Positions 10,501 through 21,984 of a DNA stretch of 64,000 bases are shown piece by piece. The translations under genes and the position numbers were made by a program. The notes beneath the pieces are model-generated. The model was given only the letters and a program-made list of their open reading frames with translations, had not been told where the DNA came from and searched no databases. Where the stretch lies: contig NC_091288.1 of the NCBI RefSeq assembly GCF_032444005.1, positions 216,752,001 to 216,816,000 of the forward strand. Reading direction: 5' to 3'. The first letter of the stretch is position 1. Each line of letters starts with the position of its first letter. The stretch comes from Ranitomeya imitator (Eukaryota).

Positions 10501-12660
10501 GTGAGCGAGAGGCTGGCGGGATTCATCACAATGATGGTACTTGGGGGAGGATGAGTGATCCCACAGACTCTGCAATGTCGGCTCCTCTCTGTGACAGGTC
10601 ACCCCGGGGCTGGGCCTCATCGCCGTCCTGCTGCTCGTATTCTTTGTGAAGGAGCCGCCCAGAGGAGCCGTGGAGAGGAAAAGCGACCAACCCCTGAGCG
10701 CGACCCCCTGGTTGGCGGATGTGAAGGCGCTGCTGAAGAAGTAGGTGTTACCCGCGTCACAGAGGTTGTCGCCGGCTCTGCTCTGTCACCCCGTTGTCAC
10801 TTACACCTTGTGTCTTACTCTCTGTAGCCGGAGCTTCATGCTCGTTACTTTAGGCTTCACGACTGTGGCCTTCGTAACTGGGGCTCTCGCCCTCTGGGCT
10901 CCGATGTTCCTGTGGCGTGCACGAAAAGTTCTGTACAAGACGGAGCCACATCAGGATAACAACGAGGACAGGTAAATCCATCCTCACCTGTACCTGCCAT
11001 TACCGTAATGGCTGGGACCTCGATGCAGGAGTCGTTCTCTACTGATGTTCCTTGGTGGTATCTGCTCCGCACTGACGTGATGAGGTGGAAATATCTATGC
11101 TGCACTTATCGGTGTAGACAGGAGCCATTGATCCTCCGGGAGGGTGAGGGACATGTACAGATCCCATCTCTCCAAAGCAAACCTATGTGAGGTTGGGGGC
11201 AGATGTACACGTTGATCCTGCCGGGGGGGGGAGGTGTAGACGTTCGTCACCAAATCTCACTAGTGTCTGTATGAGTGGATTGCAGTCTGGTCCGTCTCCG
11301 TTGGCCCTGCGTCTTCTCTTTTCTCAGAGGGCTTCCTCACTGATCTTTCTGACCTCTCTCCGTGCAGCTTGATCTTCGGTCTGGTCACAGTGGTCACCGG
11401 CATCTTGGGCGTAGGAGCCGGAGTGGAGATCAGTAAACGATACCGTAAAGTGAACCCCCGTGCGGACCCGATTGTGTGCGCTTGTGGCATGCTCTTCTCC
11501 GCACCTTTCCTCTACCTGTCTTTGGTTTTCGCGGACACCAGTCTCGTGGCCACTTACGTAAGTAGCCTGTGGGTCGACTACAGATCATCTTCGGTGACGC
11601 CGGCCACTGCTCAGTGTTTTATCTCTTTCTCCGCAGGTTTTCATTTTCATTGGGGAGACCTTGCTATCCTTAAATTGGGCCATAGTGGCCGACATGGTGC
11701 TGGTGAGTGATCCGTCATCTTCTTTCCATCACCGCTGGAATGATCTTTATCCCAACTTGTCCTCTTCTTTTTTAGTATGTTGTGATCCCCACGAGGCGCT
11801 CCACAGCGGAGGCCTTGCAGATAATGGTGTCCCACCTGCTGGGCGATGCCGGGAGCCCCTACCTCATCGGAGTGGTGAGTCGTAATGATGGATTTTACTG
11901 AAAGGAAGTCTGATTTTGTAAGCCAGGAGCGAGACTGGTGGGGACAGGTCACGGTGCGGCTGTCCCCACCAGTGCGGCCTTGTTCATTCAGTAGGCTGCA
12001 GCGCATCGATGGCACCGCTTACATGTAGAGTATAACTCTCAGCGTGTCGTTACCTATCATCCTCAGATATCCGACCGTATCAGCAAAGAGCAGTCGGAGA
12101 CCTCCCTTCTTAAGCTCCGCAGCCTGGAATACGCCCTCATGATGTGTACGTTCGTGGGCGCCCTGGGAGGAGGTTTCTTCTTGGCGTCTGCCCTCTTCAT
12201 TGAGAAGGATCGGAAACAGGCGGAAATGGTATCAGAAGGTGCGTTGTGTGTATATCCGGGCGAGTGCAGCTCCTCCATGTTGGTCTCCTCTCCTAGTTTA
12301 TACATGGCATGTAGGTCACATCTGTCTTACCGACTACTTTGCATGGACGCAGAGCTCCATCACCCTCCGTCAGTGGGTACTGCCAATCACCGCACTGGGA
12401 GACCCCATAATTCGCTACATCTCCCTCAATGCTGCAGACCTTACTATAGATAGTTACAATTATGAACGCAGCTCTGGGTGTGAGTGGAGTAGTCAGAACT
12501 CAGTTTTTATGTAAATAATGTATTAATAGGCACAGAGTTTTCACTGATACCGTCTTCCCTTCCAGGAATTGTATCTGAGGTAGAGGGGATTGAAGACAGA
12601 ATTGTGGTTCCAAAACGTGGAGGATCCACCAGGGTCCCGGTGTCCAGCGTCCTCGTATGA
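7304..12660 (+). CDS. spns1: Protein spinster homolog 1 (lysosomal MFS transporter), 12 coding exons, 1572 nt, 523 aa
   Basis: All introns GT-AG and frame-compatible. Product starts [19 protein letters not shown], contains [65 protein letters not shown] and [13 protein letters not shown], and ends [21 protein letters not shown]. Both termini match SPNS1 rather than SPNS2/3. Confidence 0.97.
7857..7922 (+). CDS. spns1: spns1 coding exon 2 ([21 protein letters not shown])
   Basis: TCAG acceptor, GTAAGT donor, 66 nt. Confidence 0.95.
8149..8285 (+). CDS. spns1: spns1 coding exon 3 ([18 protein letters not shown]...IPNK)
   Basis: TCAG acceptor, GTAACG donor, 137 nt. Confidence 0.95.
8297..9810. 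repeat. 34-bp minisatellite in the spns1 intron after coding exon 3
   Basis: CCCCGGGTGGTGGCGGTTGTTGTCGCCGCTCTCT; track ORFs repeat every 34 aa, i.e. three units. Confidence 0.97.
10201..10352 (+). CDS. spns1: spns1 coding exon 4 ([18 protein letters not shown]...IPVG)
   Basis: CCAG acceptor, GTGAGT donor, 152 nt. Confidence 0.95.
10431..10500 (+). CDS. spns1: spns1 coding exon 5 (GLGYIAGSK...WHWALR)
   Basis: ACAG acceptor, GTGAGC donor, 70 nt. Confidence 0.95.
10598..10740 (+). CDS. spns1: spns1 coding exon 6 (VTPGLG...KALLK)
   Basis: ACAG acceptor, GTAGGT donor, 143 nt. Confidence 0.95.
10828..10971 (+). CDS. spns1: spns1 coding exon 7 ([10 protein letters not shown]...NNED)
   Basis: GTAG acceptor, GTAAAT donor, 144 nt. 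Confidence 0.95.
11368..11557 (+). CDS. spns1: spns1 coding exon 8 (LIFGLVT...LVATY)
   Basis: GCAG acceptor, GTAAGT donor, 190 nt. Confidence 0.95.
11637..11702 (+). CDS. spns1: spns1 coding exon 9 ([22 protein letters not shown])
   Basis: GCAG acceptor, GTGAGT donor, 66 nt. Confidence 0.95.
11776..11874 (+). CDS. spns1: spns1 coding exon 10 ([10 protein letters not shown]...YLIGV)
   Basis: TTAG acceptor, GTGAGT donor, 99 nt. Confidence 0.95.
12067..12238 (+). CDS. spns1: spns1 coding exon 11 (ISDRISKE...MVSE)
   Basis: TCAG acceptor, GTGCGT donor, 172 nt. Confidence 0.95.
12566..12660 (+). CDS. spns1: spns1 coding exon 12 ([30 protein letters not shown])
   Basis: CCAG acceptor; TGA 12658-12660. 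Confidence 0.95.
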
Positions 12661-13058
12661 ACCTCTGGTGGTCAGCAGTCACAAGGGACAGAGCGTAGAG
12701 ATTCCTGGCTGCACTCAGCCTACCTGGTACCAGAGATGGCGGGGGTCACAATCTCCCCTGGCGGCTACTGGCAGGATATGGAGCCGATATGAGATACTTT
12801 GTCCCATATGTCGCTTCTTGCTGATTATGAAGATCCCCCGATGTGCGGGAGAAGGAAGAGCGGCTGATGTCTTTGCCATCTCTACCTGTAATCCAGTACC
12901 GGATTGGACAGCTGTACAAACTACAGAACCTGCTCCAGATTTTATGGTTATTCCTATTTAATTACGGATTTGCACTCACATTATTATTTTTTGTTTGTTT
13001 GTTTTTAAGAATGTGAAATGTTTTAACTTTTCAATGGGAAATACAGATATTTGTTAAG

Positions 13059-13064
13059 AATAAA
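13059..13064 (+). terminator. spns1: Probable spns1 polyadenylation signal
   Basis: AATAAA ~400 nt after the stop codon, in an AT-rich 3' UTR. Confidence 0.65.
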
Positions 13065-13441
13065 ACGCTGACTGTTGGCCCCAGCCCATAGTAAGAAGAA
13101 CAGGGTCCCCCGGGTTTGGGGGAAAGAAACGGAGGATGAAGCTGCTGGTGGGTAGTGTACACGTGACAGTAGAGTTCGGCTCGTCTGAGCATCCTGAGGA
13201 CTCAGGTTTTCATCTAAAGAAATTTGTGTTCATGGTTTACAATCCTGAGTTTCGGATATTTGCACTTAACAGAGGCCGACACTTGGCCGTTTAGGTTAAT
13301 ATTCGGTAGCCCGTGTCTGGCTCTGGAAGTCATGGCAGCTTTATTTGTCACTCTGTAGAGTTGGTGTGAATTAGTACGACCCTGATCTTCCGCCCAATCT
13401 CTGGAGCCTTGAAAACCTGTTCTTACCTGATGCAATACACC

Positions 13442-13707
13442 AGGAATACGACGGGTCAGAGTCCGCGCTGGCCAAGGTTCAAAGATATGAGAACGCACAA
13501 AGGTGAAGCATGAGTGCGGTTTAACGTCTTCAACTTTTCATCAGGAACAAACCACAATGATAACATTATTGTTGCACCTCGGTCCTGATGAAGGGGTTTG
13601 AAGACCTTGAAACGCGTTGACATAAACCACATTCAGGCTTCTTCACCTTTGTGTGTTCTCGTATCTTTGAACCTTGGGCCACGTGGACTGTGACCCACCG
13701 TATTCCT
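13442..13707. mobile_element. Inverted pair of Penelope-like pseudo-LTR fragments
   Basis: 13442-13545 is a diverged reverse complement of 13585-13707; the right arm carries a hammerhead motif and the left arm a deleted version of it. Confidence 0.65.
13582..13621 (+). ncRNA. Minimal type I hammerhead ribozyme motif (Penelope type)
   Basis: GTC-CTGATGA-AGGGGTTTGAAGACCTT-GAAACGCGT-T-GAC: 3-bp helix I (GTC/GAC), imperfect helix II, palindromic ACGCGT helix III, GUU site. Confidence 0.65.
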
Positions 13708-14431
13708 CATTTATTGCGTCGTATCGCTTCGGTGGTCCGGCAGAAACCCATACATGCTTCTATAAGAGCTGTGACTATCAGCTGAGCGTATATATAATAT
13801 TTTATACCAATAGGTGATCAGGTAAGACGCTATTCGCACTTTTTTAGTCCAGTTTTACCATTTGAGTTACCTCTGGCATCTGAAGCTTTTCTTTTGATAA
13901 GCCGCCTGGCACTATGTCGTCATTACAGCGTGACCCTTATGTGATGTTGTGCCGGGCCGGCTAATCAGAAGAAGAGCCACAGATGTCATCAGATGCAGTT
14001 CTCACAAGTCCTGGCCAGAGATTACGGTCATGGCTGCTGCATCGGAGCGTGAAAATCTATTCACATCAACTTTAAGTCCGTGTTCACATTCCAAGTGAAG
14101 CCTCAAAATCAACCATGTAATTATTATCAGCGTCCTATGTGTGAGTGACTACATTCAGTGCTATCGGGGGCTGCAGTCCTCAGTAATGCCGCCCTGTGCG
14201 TGCGAGAATAGAACTGCTACAATACTCACCCCTGATACTAGGAAAGGCTGGATTCCCCAGTCACAACCCCACATACAGTTTTTCATTCCACTCCCAGTGA
14301 CGCGTGACAATATCGCACGTACGCATTGTGCAGTTATGGCGAGGTCTGATCCCAGATAGAAAAATATTTAGAATTGAGAGTCCTCAGTGGTTGATACCAT
14401 CTTTTCTGTTAGCCGTTAAAAGGTAACAAAT

Positions 14432-14469
14432 TGCAGCTTTCGAGACTACTCAGGTCTCTTCATCAGGCA
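14432..14469 (-). ncRNA. Hammerhead-like motif lacking a canonical cleavage nucleotide
   Basis: Minus strand TGC-CTGATGA-A-GAGAC-CTGAGTA-GTCTC-GAAAGCT-GCA; perfect helix II. Confidence 0.5.
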
Positions 14470-14943
14470 TAGACTAATAGAAATTTGAAGAATCACATAT
14501 TTATACACAACACATCACAGAGGGAAAGAAGGCAATAGATAAGACAGGTGACGTGAAGCAGAATTATCATTATGTGGAGGGATAGCCATAAATATTGGAA
14601 GAGTTCATAGATAAGGAGTGTGAATGTTTTATTGTCCTCTGAATGGGTCTGGTTCTATGTTATGATTCCCCGAAAAGGTCTGAGGAGTAAATTCATTAAT
14701 TGATGTAAAAAGACATAAATCCATGTGACACATTCATTCCTGCACTGAGAGAGTCAAAGGTCGTCATCCGCTTATATTCCCAGACTCTTCTGTCTCTCTG
14801 AGAGTGTTCCAATATTTATGGACATAACTGTTTATCACTTACATAACGGTAGCCCTGCTTCACATCCCCGGTCTTATCTATTGCATTAATCTTGTGCTAT
14901 GTTGTGCATAAATATGTGATTCTTCAGAATCTCTATTAGCCTA

Positions 14944-14981
14944 TGCCTGATGAAGAGACCTGTGTAGTATCGAAAGCTGCA
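14944..14981 (+). ncRNA. Hammerhead-like motif, second arm (one helix II mismatch)
   Basis: TGC-CTGATGA-A-GAGAC-CTGTGTA-GTATC-GAAAGCT-GCA. Confidence 0.45.
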
Positions 14982-15449
14982 ATTTGTTACCATCTTTTCA
15001 GTTCGCCATTAAAAGGTATCAACCAGTGAGGACTCTCAATTCTAGATATTCTTCTATCCACTGGCTAACACGGTACCAAGATATATATCTTTCCTGACCC
15101 CAGATAGTCAGCATCCTCTGTATAAGAAATAGGAGAGGATCATATGGCGTAACAGGGCATGATTCCAATCACTCGACCATGCTGGAGTGTCGACTTCCAA
15201 GTAAAATAAAGAAAATCATATTCGACACCTATCCTTGCTATTTCTGGGCACAGGTAGAGGTAAAGGGGATATCTGGGACTTAAAAAAATGTATCTAAGCA
15301 CTAACAGAAGGTAATTGTAACTTACCTGCCTGTTGTGCACGGCGCTGTTCTCCCCCGGTGCAGCGTAGTCATAGACAGCTGCTACCTGGGATTCCGTTCC
15401 CTCTTCTGACGCAATGGGGTGCGACTTCCGAGGTAATTCTGACTGACAA

Positions 15450-16240
15450 CTGACCAGTTACAGAGCTGCTCTGTGTACTATGTAATGGCCGTGGCCAGAA
15501 CTGACCAGTTACAGAGCTGCTCTGTGTACTATATAATGACCGTGGCTAAAACTGACCAGTTACAGAGCTGCTCTGCCTGCTGTATAATGACCGTGGCTAA
15601 AACTGACCAGTTACAGAGCTGCTCTGCCTGCTGTATAATGGCCGTGGCCAGAACTGACCAGTTACAGAGCTGCTCTGTCTCCTGTATAATGACCGTAGCC
15701 AGAACTGACCAGTAACAGAGCTGCTCTGTCTCCTGTATAATGACCGTAGCCAGAACTGACCAGTTACAGAGCTGCTCTGTCTCCTGTATAATGACCGTAG
15801 CCAGAACTGACCAGTTACAGAGCTGCTCTGTCTATTATATAATGGCGGTGGCCAGAACTGACCAGTTACAGAGCTGCACTGTCTATTATATAATGGCGGT
15901 GGCCAGAACTGACCAGTTACAGAGCTGCACTGTCTATTATATAATGGCGGTGGCCAGAACTGACCAGTTACAGAGCTGTTCTGTCTATTATATAATGGCG
16001 GTGGCCAGAACTGACCAGTTACAGAGCTGTTCTGTCTATTATATAATGGCGGTGGCCAGAACTGACCAGTTACAGAGCTGTTCTGTGTACTATATAATGG
16101 CCGTGGCTAAAACTGACCAGTTACAGAGCTGCTCTGTCTATTATATAATGGCCGGAGCCAGAACTGTCCAGTTACAGAGCTGCTCTGTGTACTATATAAT
16201 GGCGGTGGCCAGAACTGTCCAGTTACAGAGCTGCTGACCA
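15450..16240. repeat. 51-bp VNTR (~15 units)
   Basis: GTGGCCAGAACTGACCAGTTACAGAGCTGCTCTGTCTATTATATAATGGCG; the ORF repeats every 17 aa. Confidence 0.95.
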
Positions 16241-16249
16241 GTCCAACAC

Positions 16250-16560
16250 TCTCCTCTTAAGGGCATTGTCATGCTGAAAAGTTAAATTTCTCATCATCAT
16301 CTTAGTAGAGACCATCAGGTTTTGATGCCATATTGAGTGATAATTGGAACTATTCATAATTCCCTGTTGTGCCAAATTTAAGCCACTTCTTGATGTTCAT
16401 CTTCAGAATCTCTGGTAAATCTAATGGCTTGGTCATTTCTTTGTATACTTCTCCTGAGTAATAACCTTCAACAGCGAGACCCTTTTGCTGTGTTGTCAGC
16501 TGTTTATGAACCATGGCTTTTTCTGTAAAATGCAAAAATGTAACTAGGAAAATATCATTG
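16250..16560 (-). mobile_element. Degenerate Tc1/mariner fragment
   Basis: Minus strand reads like the Tc1 N-terminal helix-turn-helix region (track ORF ...GYYSGEVYKEMTKPLDL...NIKKWLKFGTT). Confidence 0.5.
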
Positions 16561-16849
16561 CAATCCTCCTAGAACAGCAAAACTTTCTATGGGATTAAAC
16601 AGAATCTCTGTAAATTGGGGGCTCAGAGAATGACAAATCCCACTCCCGAGGAACAGCAAGAAGCCACCACCTGGGAGACACCTCAGATCTCCACATTAGG
16701 AGGCCACTGCTGAATCGCCCCTAGTATTTTTTGCTGGATAATGCTCCTACCAGAAATATTTATACTTTTATAGGAGGACGTGGGATACATTTTTTGGGGG
16801 ATGAATGCTGGGACCCCACTTCATACCTTCTGTATCTCTACTTTTCGTG

Positions 16850-18500
16850 TATTTCAATCTATTAATGGAGACACAGGGGCCTGTAGTGCAGCAGTTTCCT
16901 CGCTGTGCAGCGATAAGGCAGTGATCCAGCAAAATTCAAAACAAAAGTCTCTTTAATGTTCAACTCACATAAAGTACAGAGCAGACGATATCCTCCAGAT
17001 CGCAGCTGATCCACACATCAGTCTACCTCCAAGACCGATTGCCATGGGCGACTGCACCGCCGTGTTCTCCAGACCTCTCAGCTTCCCATGCATTTTGGCT
17101 CTGCTTGCCTGTGTTGCCTCACACAGATGGAGCTCTGCAGAGTGGACAGCTCTGCACTCTAGCAAACAACAGATTGACACTGACCCTGAACCTGACACAC
17201 CCAAACCCTATACTGCAGGGTTTTTAACTAGTAACCTGTGGCCTTCAGCCACATGGAAAACCCAGCGAAGAATTAAATGGACAGCAACACTATCATCTTG
17301 TAGTCCGTTTCAAAACCCACAAGCCCAGAGTAGGTTTTCTTCATTGCAACCACACCTATGACTGTTACTGCAATGCCCCATCATGGCCTCGATACATCTC
17401 CGTGCGCATCCTGGGGGAACACACAGCGACCCTCACATGTAGCACCAGTCACTGCCTCACAGGCCATAGAGGCTCTGGTGGGGACGAATATACGGAGAGT
17501 CTCCCACAGATGCAATGTTTGTTACAATCGGACTACAGAGGGGTAAACTCGGCAACAATATTCGATTCCTGATCCCTTAGATTCTTACTCTGGGAGACAA
17601 AAAATAGAAGAAAAGGTTTCATCAGCTCAACAATATTCTATGAGAATTACTGTAGCATAATTCGGGGCTCGGTGCATGGCTAAACTCCATGCCGATCCTG
17701 GGCAATCTTGTGAAGGAGGAATAGAACCAGGTAGTTCAGCATCAGCGGACAGAAATGTAAAAAAAAAGTAATATTTCTTGAAAAATAATTATAGAGGGAA
17801 AAAACAATTACGTTATAGGAGACACCTGGTCTAGGTGTTTCGAGTCCATAAAGGCTCCTTATTATGACACCGTGTTTGAAACAAGGAGGAAGTTTATAGC
17901 GAGATTCCCGGAACTATCAGGTAACGAGAAAGTCACATAATAGGATAAAAAGAAATAGACATTAGAAATGTAACTGCATACAAACAAAAGTGGAAGCAGG
18001 CAGCTTATTTAGAAAAAAAAATCAGTGTTGCCTATTAATATACGAACATAAGACCATTCTTGAAGTTTAATCCTCGGGGAGTACGAGTGCTGAGACAAAG
18101 TTCAAGAAGCAAATTGGATCCTAACGAAAGTATAACCAAGTCTCCATCCCTAACAGGGCGATTGGCGCTTTCTATGCCAAGTACTCAGTGTTAGTCTATC
18201 ATGGGGCTACAGTCGTCACTGACTTTCCAGGAACGCCTGCAACCATTTAAGCAAAGCCATTGAACACGTGTATTGCCTGTGTGTGACAGCCACAAGGTGT
18301 GAGGATTGTCCCAGCCCCACACTTTCTGAGTGTTTGTATACTACTAACAGATTGCAAACAGAACAAACACATAAAGTGAAGATATAGAGGTAACTGTTTT
18401 GAGGGATCTGCAATATGGTGCTGGAGATGCCCGCATTCTCCACCGCCTGTAAGGAACTCAGTACCAGCAGCAAATATTCAGTCTTCACAGGTTATTTAAA
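16850..18500 (-). mobile_element. Degenerate Penelope-like element (GIY-YIG C-terminus plus 3' region); boundaries approximate
   Basis: Minus strand ~18200-18060 reads VLGIESANRPVRDGDL...LSTRTPRGLNFKN (cf. PLE GIE..RGGD..TL.P.GLN); Cys-rich LCVCSVCNLLVVY lies upstream. Confidence 0.5.
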
Positions 18501-18639
18501 TAAAGAAAATAAAGGGATCAATAAAGATGAGAGATAAAAAGATATGTAAATGAAGATCTCTACGAATAAGAACGGCTGCAAAAGTGCGCAGTATTTCAGA
18601 TAGAGGAATGTGGCAGATCAGTAATAATTTAACTATCGT

Positions 18640-19302
18640 ATGCACGCTCACCACGCAAGACTCCATACCTACAGTGAAGTTTGGAGGTGGAAACATCATG
18701 GTGTGAAGATGTTTTTCAGTATATTGCACTGGCAAATTTCATATTGTTGAATGAAGGATGAAGAGACAAATATACCGAGACATTCTTGTTAAAAAATCTG
18801 CTGCCATCTACCAGGATGATGAAGATGAAATGAGGGTGGACATTTCTGCAAGACGATCCCGAACACAGAGCCAAGGAAACTCAAAACTGGCTTCAGAGAG
18901 AGAAAATAAAGCTGCTAGAATGGCCAAGACAATCATCAGACCTGAATCCTATAAAAAATATGTATAGAAGGAAATAAAACTCAAAGTTCATACAAGGAGC
19001 CCATGGAAAGCTCAGGATGTGAAATGAGTTTGTGGGGAAGAATGGGCCAAAATCACACCTGAGCAATGCCTGTGACTAGTTTATCCATACAGAAGGCGTC
19101 TTGAAGCTGCCATCACCATCAAAAGATTTTCCCTGGGTCATTTTGCGCTATTACACATAACTTAATATATGGACATCTATGGTTTGATTTCTTTGCCTGT
19201 GTGGATTGGATGGGTAGTTACTAATATCTGGTGAGAATTTCATGTCAATAGCACCTTTAGAAATAGATTTACTTAGAAAATTGGGGACGCGTTCTATAGT
19301 TG
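18640..19302 (+). mobile_element. Tc1 transposon 3' part (decayed DDE transposase and right TIR)
   Basis: PTVKFGGGNIMV at ~18667, then DPKH-like and TPEQC-like motifs; ends ...ACGCGTTCTATAGTTG followed by TA (19303-19304). Confidence 0.8.
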
Positions 19303-19304
19303 TA

Positions 19305-20345
19305 TTATTATTATTATTTATTGTTATAGCGCCATTTATTCCATGGCGCTTTACATGTGAGGAGGGGTATACATAATAAAAACAAGTACAATAATCTTAA
19401 ACAATACAAGTCATAACTGGTACAGGAGGAGTGAGGACCCTGCCCGCGAGGGCTCACAATCTACAAGGGATGGGTGAGGATAGAGCTGGTCATGCAGCGG
19501 TTTGGTCGATCGGTGGTTACTGCAGGTTGTAGGCTTGTCGGAAGAGGTAGGTCTTCAGGTTCTTTTTGAAGGTTTCGATAGTAGGTGAGAGTCTGATGTG
19601 TTGTGGTAGAGGGTTCCAGAGTATGGGGGAAGCACGGGAGAAATCTTGTATACGATTGTGGGAAGAGGAGATAAGAGGGGAGTAGAGAAGGAGATCTTGT
19701 GAGGATCGGAGGTTGCGGGTAGGTAAGTACCGGGAGACAAGGTCACAGATGTATGGAGGAGACAGGTTGTGGATGGCTTTGTACGTCATGGTTAGGGTTT
19801 TGTAGTGGAGTCTCTGGGCAATGGGGAGCCAGTGAAGGGATTGACAGAGGGGAGAGGCCGGGGAATAGCGGGGGGACAGGTGGATTAGTCGGGCAGCAGA
19901 GTTTAGAATAGATTGGAGGGGTGCGAGAGTGTTAGAAGGGAGGCCACAGAGCAGGAGGTTGCAGTAGTCAAGGCGAGAGATGATGAGGGCATGGACTAGG
20001 GTTTTTGCAGATTCATGGTTGAGGAATGAACGGATTTGTGAAATATTTTTGAGTTGAAGTCGGCAGGAAGTGGAAAGGGCTTGGATATGTGGTTTGAAGG
20101 AGAGATCAGTGTCAAGGATTACCCCGAGGCAGCGAGCTTGTGGGACTGGGGAGAGTGGGCAGCCGTTTACTGTAATGGATAGGTTCGTTGGGGGGGTCGC
20201 GTGAGATGGGGGAAAGATGATGAATTCTGTTTTGTCCATGTTAAGTTTCAGAAATCTAGCGGAGAAGAAGGATGAAATAGTGGACAGACATTGAGGGATT
20301 CTGGTTAGTAGGGAGGTGATATCTGGTCCAGAGATGTATAGTTGT
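19305..20345 (-). mobile_element. 5'-truncated L2-clade LINE
   Basis: ORF 19517.. contains QLYISGPD...LKLNMDKTEFIIF...ISRLDYCN...LHWLPI...FKKNLKTYLF; (ATT)n tail and GCGCCAT..ATGGCGC hairpin at the 3' end. Confidence 0.9.
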
Positions 20346-21232
20346 ATACAAACTAATACACCATTCAACCCCCCGACAGAGGTAAATTGGTGCCTTTCAC
20401 AAGTTTTAGAAACCTTATCCCCATTGTTCAGCAATGAGCCCTTCATTAACCAATCACAACAATCAGCAGCAGTACTCATTACTTTATGATGAGACTGGTG
20501 GGAATAGAGGGGGTTGAGGTTTGGAGATTCCCCTCTCACTCGAAATTATGATTGATTTAGTTTTTATGTCCTGAAGACTCATGGGGCTCTTGTGTACTTT
20601 CCGTTCCCGGTACTAGTGGTGGATCCTCTATGATATGAAGAGGTGGACTCCCAAAACTCAACACCAACATCCTGTAGCGTAGCTACTGGGGGGGCAGAGG
20701 GGGCCGTCGCCCCGGGCCCAGTGTCATGAAGGGGCCCACCCACTCCCATGGCCGCTTCTGTTATCAGGCAGCACTGAGGGAGAGTACGGCACATTGCTTG
20801 CTCCCCTATCTTCCTGGCACAGTGGCGGAGTCCTCAGTGCAGTGTACTGTGTAGCCGGAGTTAGTTCACCTGATAAGTTTCTGACAGGCTCTGCAGTCAG
20901 CTCTTCTCCTGTGTGCCCTGGTTCATGCACGCTGGAGCACCCCTGGGTCCTAGTGCTCTCCCTTGATTTACCTCAGACACTGCCTGGCCATGTCTGACAT
21001 CATCTCTGGCTCTTCGCCTGCAGCACTTGGGCCAGACATTGCAGGTGCCCTCCATGAACTAGCTGCAGGCGAAGAGCAAGAGATGCTGCTCAGGGTTCGT
21101 ACAGCGTCTATCAGCATCGGCTGTAGTGTACCAGACGGACATATTTGCCTCTGTGAGGGTAGGTGCACACGGTCAGTAAATGCTGCGGGTTGGACACTGT
21201 GTACTTGTGCCTTTAATTGAAAAACATACTAA

Positions 21233-21984
21233 GGCTATGTGCACACGTTGCGGTTTTTACCGCGGAACCGCAGCGTTTCTGCAGCTTCGGGTCCGCAGCA
21301 GTTTCCATTGCGTTTACATTAACATGTAAACCTATGGGAAACCACAATCCGCTGTGCACATGATGTGGGAAAAACCGCGTGGGAACGCAGCGATTTTACA
21401 ATCCGCAGCATGTCACTTCTTTTGTGTGGAATCGCGGCGATTCTGCACCCATAGGAATGCATTGATCCGCTTACTTCCCGCATGTGGCTATGTCCACCAT
21501 GCGGGAAGTAAGCGGATAATGTGCGGGTGGTACCCGGGGTGGAGGAGAGGAGACTTTCCTCCAGGCCCTGGGAACCATATTTGTGGTAAAAAAAAAAGAA
21601 TTAAAATAAATAATAATGCTATACTCACCTCTCAGCGCTGCACACGGCCGTCCGGTCTCAGGGTTGCTATGCGAGCAGGACCTGCGGTGACATCGTGGTC
21701 ACATGACCGTGACGTCACGAAGGTCCTTCTCGCACAGCATCTTTGGAACCGGACTGTCGCGTGCAGCGCCGAGGAGATCGGGACGTCAGAGGGTGAGTAT
21801 ATCACCATTTTTTAATTATATTTAACATTACTATTGATGCTGCATACGCAGCATCAATAGTAGGAGTAAACCCGCAGCAGAAACCGCAAGACAAACCGTG
21901 ATAAATCTGCAGGGATAACCGCAGCGGTTTTGCCCTGCAGATTTATCGAACCCGCAGGGACCCTCCCTACATGTGCACATAGCC
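21233..21984. mobile_element. PIF/Harbinger-type non-autonomous element
   Basis: TIR GGCTATGTGCACA...TGTGCACATAGCC; TAA on both sides. Confidence 0.85.

Larger units (their letters stand above)
14360..15070 (-). mobile_element. Penelope-like element remnant with inverted arms and a GIY-YIG endonuclease C-terminus
   Basis: Arms ~14365-14600 and ~14810-15060 are inverted copies. The minus strand ~14810-14690 reads RDRRVWEYKRMTTFDSLSAGMNVSHGFMSFYIN*, resembling the PLE endonuclease tail. Both arms carry hammerhead-like cores. Confidence 0.7.

Noticed and set aside
7304-12660. Assignment as spns2 or spns3
   Set aside because: The N-terminal [10 protein letters not shown] and C-terminal DRIVVP.RG.STRVPV motifs are SPNS1-type.
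20345-20539. N-terminal 60 aa of the 340-aa ORF 19517..20539
   Set aside because: Flanking sequence that happens to be in frame with the 5'-truncated L2; not a chimeric gene on present evidence.
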